From an uncultured Deinococcales bacterium (GTDB lineage Bacteria; Deinococcota; Deinococci; Deinococcales; JAAFIG01), in NCBI GenBank assembly GCA_964244895.1, contig CAXTKV010000020.1, positions 1-38,932 on the forward strand: a DNA stretch of 38,932 nucleotides, written 5' to 3'. Under the pieces are notes generated by a model that was not told where the DNA came from, made no database searches, and was given only the letters and a program-made list of their open reading frames with translations. Both the position numbers and the translations under genes were made by a program. Positions 8,042 to 16,877 of the stretch are shown piece by piece. How positions within the stretch are numbered: position 1 is the first letter of the stretch; each line of letters starts with the position of its first letter.

Positions 8042-10804
8042 TCAACTCGCGGCGCGAGGAATTTTTTCCGGCACGAGCGGCAGCGTGATGTGCATGGTCG
8101 TGCCTTCACCCAGCGCACTTTCGGCCCAGATGCGGCCACCGTGGGCGCTGACGATGGCCTTCGAGACGTACAGGGACAAGCCCGCGCCTTCCATCGATTC
8201 TCGGCTGGCGCTGCCCCGAGCGAAGCGCAAGAAGAGTTTCTCGAGTTGGTCATCGCTCATGCCGGGGCCAGTGTCGGTGACGGTGATGTGAACGTTCTTG
8301 CCTTCGAGCACCACGTTGAATTTGACCTTGCCACCGGGCGGCGAGTAGCGCAACGCGTTGGAGAGCAGGTTGGCCGCGACCAGTTCCAAACGCGCGTTGT
8401 CCACGGTCAGTTTGGGCACGTCGGCCACGCTCGCGTCGAACTGAAGACCCTTCTCGGCGGTCAACCTCGAGAAGCGTTCCAGCGTGCTCCTGAAGGTCAA
8501 CTTGGCGGGTCTGGTGTTCAGCTCGAAGATTCCAGCTTCCAGCGTGCTGGCGTTCAACAGGTTCAGCACGGTCTGGTGCAGGTTCTTCGAGGCGTCCAGC
8601 GTGGTCAGGAGGAAGTTGTTCTGATCGGGCGTCAACGGCCCCGCCGATCCTGAAACGAGCAGTTCCACGAAACCGATGATCGCGGTCAACGGCGTGCGCA
8701 GCTCGTGCGAGACGACCGAAAGGAGTTCAGCCTTGGCTTGCTCGATGGCCTGAAAGTTCTCGAGATCCTGCATCACCACGATGGTGCGGTCGTCGCGTTT
8801 GGTGACCACCACCTGCAAGCGCGTCTCTCCGACGACCAGGCTGGCCTGGCCGCGCTCTAAGGTGGCTTTGAGTTGGGCGGGCAGATCGTGCAACTCGAAT
8901 TGCTCGTCGAGGTTCAAGAGCGTGCGCGCCTTAGCGTTGGCCAGACCGGAACCGACCCAGCCCGCCGCGTTCTCGCCGAGTTGACCTTCTAAAAGAATCA
9001 CGCCGTCGGCCATGTTCTCGATCACGTCGGCCAGGCGTTCGCGTTCGGCGCTGAGGCTGCGGTAAAGTTCCGCGTTCTCGAGCGCCAGCCCGAGCTGCCC
9101 GGCCAGCCTGCCAAGTTTTTCTGCATCCCTCGAGAACCAGCGCTCGTCGCGCCCCAGGATCAGCGCACCCAGTCCCAAACCGCCGGAAATGATCGGCAGC
9201 GCGATCACGCTGACATCACCGAAGGCGTCAGCTTCTTCTTTGGCGCGCGCGTCCTGCGATGCGAACGGCACGATCAACGGCTTGCGATCCGTCAGCACGT
9301 GCGCGGTCAGCGTCTGGCGGTCGTGAATGGTGGAATCTTTGTAGGCGTTTTTCTCGCGCGCTTCCCGCGATGAAGCGACCGCGCGGATGCTGACGTGTTC
9401 CCCAATCATCTCGAAGCGCGTCACCAGCGCGAAGCGCGCCCCGGAATACGCGACGGCGGCATCGCACAACGCGTCCAGCCAGCCGCTCTCGAGCGTCACG
9501 TCCTTGAAACCCGCGTCCCCACCGAAACGCGCGGATAGCGTCTGGTTGAAGGCCGCCAGCGCCAGCGCCTCGCGTTCGCGTTCGCGCAGGGCTTCAAATT
9601 CGCGCGCGTTCTGCAAGGCCACGCCGACCTGCGATCCGAGCGTAGAAATGACCTCCAGGTCGGTCTGCGCAATCTCGCGTTCCGGGTTGTCGTGATCGAC
9701 CGCGATCACGCCCAGAATCTGGCGTTCGCCGCGTTCGCCCGCCGCCGTGATCGGCGCGTAACCGATGGTGCGAGCCTCCAAGCGCACGTACTGCGGCAAG
9801 GCCGGGTCGCTGGCGGCGTCGCGGATGACGATCGGCTCGCCGCTGCGGGCCACGCGCGCGAACGGGTCGTTGTGCGTGGCGATCGGGAAGTGAATCTTGG
9901 TCACGTCGCGCGTCCAGTGCAGGTCGCCATCGACGCAGGTCATGTGGCCGCGCACCATGCCGCCCTCGACCAACGCGACCGAGACGCGGGCGTACCCGAG
10001 CCGATCCACCAAGCCGCGCGCCATGCCTTCCAGAATCGTGTCCACTTCCAGGGATCGCGTCATCTCGCGGCCCGCCGCATGAATCAGGGTCAGTTGGTCG
10101 TACTGGCGTTCGGCGCGTTTGCGCTCGAGTTGCGCCTGCCGCAAGATTTGCGCGTTTCTGACCGCCAGCGCGCTGGCCTGCGCGAAATCCATCAACCGGG
10201 ATGCCGTCTGCGGTCTGCGCCCGAAGGTCACTTCCAGCACGCCCAGCGGTGCGAAATTCTGGCAGCCCAGGCAGCTCTGAAGGCGCGTGTCTCGGGTGGC
10301 GCGGGGCGCGACGGTGCAGCGCCGTTCGGGTTCGACCCAGCACAGCGCGTTCGCGCCTTCCGGGGTCGGCCCGATGATCGGGAGCGCGATCAATCCTTTC
10401 GTCTCGAATCCCTGAGATGGTGCGAACAGCGCCGCCTGGAGGTGTCCCGCCGTGGTCATCGGCAAGGACACGTTCGAGACGGTCGTCTTGCCCTGCGCGG
10501 TGTGTCCGACCTCGCCCTGGAGCACGCCCCGGCGACGGTTGAACAAATAAATCGTGGCCGTCCGGTAGCCCATGTTCGGCACCAGGCTCTGCACGATGCG
10601 GCGCAGCACGGGCGTCAGGTTCAGGTCGGTCAGCAGCACGCGGTGGAAATCGTTCAATGATTGCAGGTCGTCGGTCGCGGATCGCACGCGTTTTTCGGCG
10701 TAGGCGCGGGTGCGGTACAGCACGAACAACAGCCCGAGAATCAGCAACCCCAGGGCCACCCAGGCCCAGGTGGCGTTCTCGAACTTGATCAGGTTGCTCG
10801 GCAT
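8042..10804 (-). CDS. Membrane-anchored multi-GAF sensor histidine kinase
   Basis: N-terminal TM helix and three GAF-like segments. H-box VSHELRTPLT, N-box NLLSNALRY, DTGPG, GAGLSL. GGAGG RBS. Confidence 0.92.
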   Translation of the reverse strand: MPSNLIKFENATWAWVALGLLILGLLFVLYRTRAYAEKRVRSATDDLQSLNDFHRVLLTDLNLTPVLRRIVQSLVPNMGYRTATIYLFNRRRGVLQGEVGHTAQGKTTVSNVSLPMTTAGHLQAALFAPSQGFETKGLIALPIIGPTPEGANALCWVEPERRCTVAPRATRDTRLQSCLGCQNFAPLGVLEVTFGRRPQTASRLMDFAQASALAVRNAQILRQAQLERKRAERQYDQLTLIHAAGREMTRSLEVDTILEGMARGLVDRLGYARVSVALVEGGMVRGHMTCVDGDLHWTRDVTKIHFPIATHNDPFARVARSGEPIVIRDAASDPALPQYVRLEARTIGYAPITAAGERGERQILGVIAVDHDNPEREIAQTDLEVISTLGSQVGVALQNAREFEALREREREALALAAFNQTLSARFGGDAGFKDVTLESGWLDALCDAAVAYSGARFALVTRFEMIGEHVSIRAVASSREAREKNAYKDSTIHDRQTLTAHVLTDRKPLIVPFASQDARAKEEADAFGDVSVIALPIISGGLGLGALILGRDERWFSRDAEKLGRLAGQLGLALENAELYRSLSAERERLADVIENMADGVILLEGQLGENAAGWVGSGLANAKARTLLNLDEQFELHDLPAQLKATLERGQASLVVGETRLQVVVTKRDDRTIVVMQDLENFQAIEQAKAELLSVVSHELRTPLTAIIGFVELLVSGSAGPLTPDQNNFLLTTLDASKNLHQTVLNLLNASTLEAGIFELNTRPAKLTFRSTLERFSRLTAEKGLQFDASVADVPKLTVDNARLELVAANLLSNALRYSPPGGKVKFNVVLEGKNVHITVTDTGPGMSDDQLEKLFLRFARGSASRESMEGAGLSLYVSKAIVSAHGGRIWAESALGEGTTMHITLPLVPEKIPRAAS

Positions 10805-10894
10805 GATCTATTCGTCCTCCGACCCAACTTTTCGTGTTGCCGTAGAGCGAATTTCGAGAACCGGAAAAAGTGATGAAACTTTAGCAGAGTAAAA

Positions 10895-10921
10895 CTTACG
10901 GAAGCCTTACAGAATCCTTAC
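10895..10921. promoter_or_regulatory. Three CTTAC direct repeats at 11-bp period (possible OmpR/PhoB-family site)
   Basis: CTTAC at 10895, 10906 and 10917, upstream of the kinase gene. Confidence 0.4.
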
Positions 10922-11028
10922 AACCGAAAACACAGGCACAATATCTTGAGTTTTCCACAGGTCGGGTCACCGTATTTTGTATATCTGCCAATTTGGGCTT
11001 CAGGTCAGAAAAGCGCGAGAATCGACGG

Positions 11029-11174
11029 AACACCGTCCAGGAAGCAAAAATTGAAGCCAATACCGAACCCGCGAACTCGAGACGCGCTTAAAGCAGCACG
11101 TAGCCGATGCGAACACCGTCCCAGACGGTACTTTTGATCCCAAATGAACAGATATCGCGTCCTGAACGGCATTC
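11029..11174. repeat. Three boxes (one single, one pair with 26-bp spacer)
   Basis: Boxes 11032-11046, 11115-11129 and 11156-11170. Confidence 0.8.
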
Positions 11175-11319
11175 TCGAGCCCAAAGAACCATCCATCCTC
11201 GCTTTCAAGCTTCAAATCCGAAGCGTCGACGTGTTAAAGGTCAACGTGTTAAAGTTCGGCACGGCGCTGACGCGCCGTGATTTCGTTTTGAGACCTCAAG
11301 ATTCCAGAGAGGACCAACC

Positions 11320-12534
11320 ATGCCGGGAATTGCGATCATCGGCGCGCAGTGGGGCGACGAAGGAAAAGGAAAAGTCACGGACTTTCTGACGCCGGACGCG
11401 CACTACGTCGTGCGTTACCAGGGCGGCGCGAACGCGGGACACACGATCGTCCTGCCGGACGTGACCTTCAAGCTGAACCTGTTCCCCTCGGGCGTGCTGC
11501 ACAAGGGCGCCATTTCCGTGCTGGCGGACGGCATGGTGATCGACCCGTGGAAGTTCAAGGAAGAGCTCGAGTACGTGCGCACCCACGGTCTCGACCCTGA
11601 AATCTACGTCTCCGAGCGGGCGCACCTGGTCTTGCCGCACCACAAATTCGTGGATGGCAAGAAGGATTTCGTCGGCACGACCGGGCGCGGCATCGGCCCG
11701 GCCTACGCGGACCGGGCGCGCCGCGTCGGGATTCGGGCGGGCGACCTGATGGACGACGCGACGTTGCGCGAACGCATCCAGAATCTTCTGGAGGCCAAAC
11801 CGAACTCCACGGCGGGCGCGGGCTGGGATAGCGTGGACAAAGCCTTCAGCGAGCTTTTGCCCCTGCGTGAGATCCTGCGACCCTTCGTGCGGGACACGGG
11901 CTCGATGCTGCGCGACGCGTTGGCGCACACCAAGAACGTGCTGTTCGAGGGCGCGCAAGCCACGCTGCTGGATTTGAATTACGGCACCTACCCGTTCGTC
12001 ACGTCCAGCCACCCGACGGTCGGCGGCGTGATCATCGGTACGGGCGTCAACCACAAGCACGTCAACAAGGTCTACGGCGTGGCCAAAGCCTTCACCAGCC
12101 GCGTCGGTCACGGCCCCTTTCCCACGGAAGTCTTCGGTGATCTGGAACAGCGCCTGCGCGGCGATGGCAGCCAGCCCTGGGACGAGTTCGGCACGACCAC
12201 GGGCCGTCCGCGCCGCGTCGGGTACTTCGATGCGAAACTCGTGCGTTACGCGGTCGAAGTCAACGGCATGGACGGGTTGGCCTTGACCAAACTGGACGTT
12301 CTGGCGGGGCTCGAGACCATCAGGATCGCGGTGGATCACGACGAGCACGGTCAACCCGTGTATGAAGAAATGGCGGGCTGGGGGCCACTGGACAACGTCG
12401 GCAGCCGCGATCGACTGCCGAAGGCGGTGCTGGATTACATCCACCGCATCGAGGAACTGGTGCGCTGCCCGATCGTGATTTTTGGAACCGGTCAATCGCG
12501 CGCCCAAACCTACGGCGCGGTCAGTTGGATTTAG
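11320..12534 (+). CDS. purA: Adenylosuccinate synthetase
   Basis: GAQWGDEGKGK, RYQGGANAGHT, GTTGRGIGPAY, FEGAQ, GTYPFVTSS, EFGTTTGRPRR, TKLDVL. Confidence 0.98.
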   Translation: MPGIAIIGAQWGDEGKGKVTDFLTPDAHYVVRYQGGANAGHTIVLPDVTFKLNLFPSGVLHKGAISVLADGMVIDPWKFKEELEYVRTHGLDPEIYVSERAHLVLPHHKFVDGKKDFVGTTGRGIGPAYADRARRVGIRAGDLMDDATLRERIQNLLEAKPNSTAGAGWDSVDKAFSELLPLREILRPFVRDTGSMLRDALAHTKNVLFEGAQATLLDLNYGTYPFVTSSHPTVGGVIIGTGVNHKHVNKVYGVAKAFTSRVGHGPFPTEVFGDLEQRLRGDGSQPWDEFGTTTGRPRRVGYFDAKLVRYAVEVNGMDGLALTKLDVLAGLETIRIAVDHDEHGQPVYEEMAGWGPLDNVGSRDRLPKAVLDYIHRIEELVRCPIVIFGTGQSRAQTYGAVSWI

Positions 12535-12664
12535 AGCCGGTTTCGAGATGCAGCATCTCTTTTTGTCATCCTGAACTTTGTCGAAAATTGTTCGCTCTAT
12601 CTCACACGCACCACAACAGCGTTTCTGACGGTAGATTCTCGAGCAATCCAAAATTCGCCGACAG

Positions 12665-12713
12665 GACACCGTCCAGCACGCACTTCAAGAACACCGTCCT
12701 GGACGGTGTTCTT
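12665..12713. repeat. Paired box repeat, 10-bp spacer
   Basis: Boxes 12668-12682 and 12693-12707. Confidence 0.93.
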
Positions 12714-12790
12714 TTCTTTTAACCCGAGCAGGCGCGATAGAAGCCCCGAACGTCCTGCCCTCGGGCTCGAGCCGATGCAGTTGGAACATT

Positions 12791-12823
12791 TCTGGGCTCG
12801 GGTTGATCTCGAGCCCAGATTTT
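12791..12823 (+). terminator. Terminator-like hairpin
   Basis: TCTGGGCTCG...CGAGCCCAGA followed by TTTT. Confidence 0.4.
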
Positions 12824-13132
12824 ACCGCGACAAAATCATGAATTAATCTCAACAAATCAGTGAACAGTAGTGACGAGAATTCATAAATTCGTCAGGATGC
12901 TGTTTATGACATCTCGAGCAAGAACTCAGCTTCAATTCAGTTGGGAATCAGCTCAGATTCAGGAAGACAAAATTGTAGGAGAATACGCATTTTTAGTTTA
13001 AACAACGCTGTGAAACTTGAAAGAATCCTCGAGAGTCCGAACATCCAATTCGCCAAGTTGTTGCGTAACACTACTTGAAGCGCAGAGGCTTCAAAGAAAT
13101 CGGGTGTTCAACACCCGACTTGGAGGTATTGC

Positions 13133-14023
13133 ATGAACGATTCAAGATTGACCCGCCGACAGATGCTCCGCAGCACAGGCATCGCGACCGCCGGGGCGCT
13201 CCTGGCCAGCCAACTGCCGAACCTGAGCCAAGCGCAGATGGCCAACATCGACGTGGACGTGCTGAACTTTGCGCTGAACCTCGAGTACCTGGAGGCGGAG
13301 TTCTACCTGGCCGCCGTCGGACGCACCCCCAGCTACGGCATCAGCGGCGTCGGCGGTGCGGGCGGCACCGTCACGGGCGGCAAGGCCGTGACCTTCTCGA
13401 ACACGCCCTTCGGCAAGGCCGCCAAGGAATACGCCAACGAGATCGCGTCCGACGAGGAAGCCCACGTGCTGTTCCTGCGCGCCGCCCTCGGCGCGAGCGC
13501 CGTGGCGCGCCCGAACATCAACATCGGTACGTCCTTCGCCGCCGCCGCGAGCATCGCCAGCAACGGCGCGATCCAGGGCTTCGATCCTTACGCCAATGAG
13601 CTGTTCTTCCTGCACGGCGCGTACATCTTCGAGGATGTCGGCGTGACCGCCTACAAGGGCGCGGCCCGTCTGATCACCAACAAGGATTACCTCGAGGCCG
13701 CCGCCGGCATTCTGGGCGTCGAGGCCTACCACGCGGGCGAGGTGCGCACGCTCCTGTACAGCCAGAAGGATGTCGTGGCCGCCGCAGGATTGACCGTCAC
13801 GCAGATCGTTCAGGCCATCAGCGCGCTGCGCGACACGCTGGCGGGCACCGCCAAGGATCAGGGCATTGTGACGGCGGACGGCAAGGCCAACATCGTGCTG
13901 GCCGACAGCAATTCGATCGCTTACAGCCGCAGCACCGATGAAGTCCTGAAGATCGTGTACGGCAGCTCCGCCAAGACGGCTGGGTTGTTCTTCCCGAACG
14001 GACTGAACGGCTCGATCAAGTAA
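13133..14023 (+). CDS. Tat-exported ferritin-like (Ferritin_2) desiccation-related protein
   Basis: TRRQML twin-arginine signal. VLNFALNLEYLEAEFY, DEEAHV, IFEDVGVTAYKGAA, GVEAYHA, FFPNGLNG motifs of the PCC13-62/DRB0118-like family. Confidence 0.9.
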   Translation: MNDSRLTRRQMLRSTGIATAGALLASQLPNLSQAQMANIDVDVLNFALNLEYLEAEFYLAAVGRTPSYGISGVGGAGGTVTGGKAVTFSNTPFGKAAKEYANEIASDEEAHVLFLRAALGASAVARPNINIGTSFAAAASIASNGAIQGFDPYANELFFLHGAYIFEDVGVTAYKGAARLITNKDYLEAAAGILGVEAYHAGEVRTLLYSQKDVVAAAGLTVTQIVQAISALRDTLAGTAKDQGIVTADGKANIVLADSNSIAYSRSTDEVLKIVYGSSAKTAGLFFPNGLNGSIK

Positions 14024-14071
14024 GAGAACGCCGTCCGGGACGCGAGCCAGGATCATCGTCCAGGATGGTGC
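14024..14071. repeat. Paired box repeat, 10-bp spacer
   Basis: Boxes 14030-14044 and 14055-14069. Confidence 0.8.
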
Positions 14072-14159
14072 AGCCACCAGCACGCTCTTTCTCGAGCCGG
14101 CCTTCCCGAGCCGGATTGTTCCCTCGAGTCCAACTCAACCGAATCCAACGGAGGCTTCC

Positions 14160-15059
14160 ATGAATCAGAACGCGAAAATCGACCGCCGCAAGTTCCTGCA
14201 AGGTACGGGCGTTTTAGGCGCTGGAGCGCTGCTCGCCGCTTGCGGGCCGACCCCCGCAGCCCCGGCTCCTTCGACGGACATCGACGTGCAAGTGCTCAAT
14301 TTTGCGCTGAACCTCGAGTTTCTCGAGGCGGAGTTCTACCTGGCCGCCGTCGGACGCACCCCGTCGTATAGCGTCGGTGGCGTGAACGGCGCGGGCGAAG
14401 CCGTCGTCGGCGGTAAAGCCGTGACCTTCTCGAACACGCCCTTCGGTAACGCCATCAAGGACTACGCCAACGAGATCGCGACCGACGAAGAAAATCACGT
14501 CAAGTTCTTGCGCGCCGCCCTCGGTGACAAAACCGTCGCGCGCCCCTCGATCAACATCGGCGCATCGTTCGCCGCCGCCGCATCCGCCGCCAGCAACGGC
14601 GCGATTCAGGGCTTCGATCCCTACGCCAACGAGCTGACCTTCCTGCTCGGCGCGTTCATCTTCGAGGATGTCGGCGTGACCGCCTACAAGGGCGCGGCCC
14701 GTCTGATCACCAACAAGGATTACCTCGAGGCCGCCGCCGGCATTCTGGGCGTCGAGGCCTACCACGCTGCGGAAGTCCGCACCCAGCTTTACGGTCAGCA
14801 GACCGTGACCGCCGCCGCGGGCTTGAGCGTCGCGCAGGTCGTCCAGGCGATCAGCGACCTGCGCGACACGCTGGCCGGTTCCGAAAAAGATCAGGGCATC
14901 ACCTCCAGCACCGCGAACACGGCCAACATCGTGCCGGTCGATGCGAACGCTATCGCCTACAGCCGCAGCACGCGCGAAGTCTTGAACATCGTGTACGGCG
15001 CTGCGAACGCCACCAAGGGATTGTTCTTCCCGAACGGCATGAACGGGGACATCAAGTAA
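14160..15059 (+). CDS. Tat-exported ferritin-like desiccation-related lipoprotein (paralogue)
   Basis: DRRKFL Tat motif plus lipobox LAAC. Same ferritin-like motifs as 13133..14023. Confidence 0.9.
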   Translation: MNQNAKIDRRKFLQGTGVLGAGALLAACGPTPAAPAPSTDIDVQVLNFALNLEFLEAEFYLAAVGRTPSYSVGGVNGAGEAVVGGKAVTFSNTPFGNAIKDYANEIATDEENHVKFLRAALGDKTVARPSINIGASFAAAASAASNGAIQGFDPYANELTFLLGAFIFEDVGVTAYKGAARLITNKDYLEAAAGILGVEAYHAAEVRTQLYGQQTVTAAAGLSVAQVVQAISDLRDTLAGSEKDQGITSSTANTANIVPVDANAIAYSRSTREVLNIVYGAANATKGLFFPNGMNGDIK

Positions 15060-15077
15060 GTTGTAGAACCCGAGCGT

Positions 15078-15115
15078 ATCGTCCCGCACAGCTTTTTAAA
15101 AGCGCGCGGGACGAT
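15078..15115. repeat. Divergent paired box repeat, 8-bp spacer
   Basis: ATCGTCCCGC...GCGGGACGAT. Confidence 0.65.
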
Positions 15116-15202
15116 GCCATTTCGGGATCGTCCGCTCGAAACCGATGGATTCTCGAGTCGAGATCGATGCACCGGGACGTTCAAGGTTCACAAGGAGTTC
15201 AC

Positions 15203-15496
15203 ATGGTCAAGGTCGCCATTCTCGCCCGTCTGGAAGCCAAACCCGGCAAGGAAGCCGAAGTGCAGGCGTTCCTCGAGAGCGCCCTGCCGCTCGCGCAGGC
15301 CGAGGCGGGCACGGTCAGCTGGTACGCCCTCAAGCTCGGGCCTTCGACTTTCGGAATTTTTGACACTTTCGAGGCGGAAGCTGGGCGGCAGGCGCACCTG
15401 TCCGGCCCGATCGCCAGCGCCCTGATGGCCAAAGCGGGCGAGTTGCTGAGCGCGCCGCCCGTGATCGAGCAGGTTGACTTGCTGGCCGTCAAGTAA
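15203..15496 (+). CDS. ABM (antibiotic biosynthesis monooxygenase)-family protein
   Basis: AAGGAG RBS then ATG 15203. LEAKPGKE...FL, E.GT..W, FDTF..E.GRQAHL. Confidence 0.85.
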   Translation: MVKVAILARLEAKPGKEAEVQAFLESALPLAQAEAGTVSWYALKLGPSTFGIFDTFEAEAGRQAHLSGPIASALMAKAGELLSAPPVIEQVDLLAVK

Positions 15497-15511
15497 AGCG
15501 TATGTCCTGGG

Positions 15512-15557
15512 AACACCGTCCAGAACGCAGTTAAAATTGCGCGTCCTGGACGGTGTT
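15512..15557. repeat. Paired box repeat, 10-bp spacer
   Basis: Boxes 15515-15529 and 15540-15554. Confidence 0.93.
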
Positions 15558-15563
15558 ACCGTG

Positions 15564-16739
15564 TTAGACCATCTCTGTGGCCATTAACTCATCCCAGCTT
15601 TCGCGCCGACGAATCAGTATCCAGCGTTCATCTTCAAAGATCGCTTCGCTCGGTCGGGGGCGCGTCAGGTACGCGCTGGACATGCTCGCGCCGTACGCTC
15701 CGGCGTCCAGCACGGCCAGCACATCGCCGGGCTGAGGTTCTGGAATCGTCGCGTCGCGCGCCAGGATATCGCCGGATTCGCAGGCCGGGCCAGCCAGATC
15801 GACCGTGACCATCGGTCGTTGCGGCGCAAGCGAGACGACCGGATGATGCGCGCCGTACAGCATCGGGCGGATCAGTTCCGACATGCCCGCGTCCACCACA
15901 GCGAAATCTCGGGCGGTCGATTTCGTGTCCATCACGGTCGTCAGCAGCACGCCACTCGACGCCACCAGCCAGCGTCCCGGCTCGAGCCAGAGTTCCTCGG
16001 CCCGGAACCTGGATGCCGCCTCGCGCCCAAGTTGCGCGAGCGGCGAGAGGTCGAACCGCAGACCGAAACCGCCACCCATGTCAAAGATGGGTCTGTGCCC
16101 GATGGTCTTCGACAGGTTGGCCACGCGCTCGAGCGCCGCCGCGTAATCCTGCGGGTCTTCGATGGCGCTGCCGATGTGCAGGTGCAAACCCGCCACCTCG
16201 AGACCCAATTTTTCGGCGTTCCGCACCGTTTCTGGAACGCGATCGATCGGCACGCCAAACTTGGAACTCGCGTTGCCCGTGGCCAGGTGATCGTGGGTAC
16301 TGACCGCCAAACCCGGATTGACGCGCACCAGCACCCGCGCGCCCGGCGCGTTTCTGGCGACCCGCGCCGCTTCGGATGGCGAATCGAGCGCGATCGTCGC
16401 GCCGATTTCAGATGCCCGAGCGTGGCTCGCATCTGGCTTGCCGGGACCGTGCAGCACGATGTCCCGACCCGACGCGCCCGCCCGCACCGTGCGCTCGAGT
16501 TCGCCGATGGAGCACGCCTCGAAACCCACGCCCAGGCGTTCGCGCATGCGGCGCAGCAACCCCAGGTTCGGGTTGGCTTTGATGGCGTAAAACGCTCGGC
16601 ATTTCAGGTCGTCGGTGCTCGAGAACGCGTCCTGAATGGCCTGCGCTCTGGACTCGATCTCGAGCCAGTCGTAAGCGAACAACGGCGTACCGAACTGACG
16701 GGCGGCTTCCAGCAGATGGGACTTGAATTGATCGCGCAT
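15564..16739 (-). CDS. lysA: Diaminopimelate decarboxylase-like PLP enzyme (fold type III)
   Basis: Real start ATG 16739 (TACAAT 7 nt upstream). GTP, YAIKAN, SKFG, HLHIGS, DMGGG, EPGR, GPACESGD, GAYGASMSS.Y. Confidence 0.88.
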   Translation of the reverse strand: MRDQFKSHLLEAARQFGTPLFAYDWLEIESRAQAIQDAFSSTDDLKCRAFYAIKANPNLGLLRRMRERLGVGFEACSIGELERTVRAGASGRDIVLHGPGKPDASHARASEIGATIALDSPSEAARVARNAPGARVLVRVNPGLAVSTHDHLATGNASSKFGVPIDRVPETVRNAEKLGLEVAGLHLHIGSAIEDPQDYAAALERVANLSKTIGHRPIFDMGGGFGLRFDLSPLAQLGREAASRFRAEELWLEPGRWLVASSGVLLTTVMDTKSTARDFAVVDAGMSELIRPMLYGAHHPVVSLAPQRPMVTVDLAGPACESGDILARDATIPEPQPGDVLAVLDAGAYGASMSSAYLTRPRPSEAIFEDERWILIRRRESWDELMATEMV

Positions 16740-16761
16740 GAGGCGGATTGTAACCCGAAGG

Positions 16762-16805
16762 CACCGTCCCAGACGCGGTTCTGAGCTTGCGCACCAGAGG
16801 GTGTT
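16762..16805. repeat. Paired box repeat, 10-bp spacer (right box degenerate)
   Basis: Boxes 16763-16777 and 16788-16802. Confidence 0.7.
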
Positions 16806-16877
16806 CCGCTCGGACTGATCGCGGTTTCGCACGCGCATCGGGCGTCGGAAACGCACCTCGATATACTCGAGACACGT

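Noticed and set aside
11296..12669. 457-aa minus ORF and similar antisense ORFs (6495-7412, 13142-14083, 14214-15089, 19557-20780, 37024-38031)
   Set aside because: Codon-register mirrors of real genes, with no recognisable motifs.
15702..15716. Box-like GGCGTCCAGCACGGC inside lysA
   Set aside because: Explained by the codons for AVLDA; no AAC/GTT flanks and no partner box.
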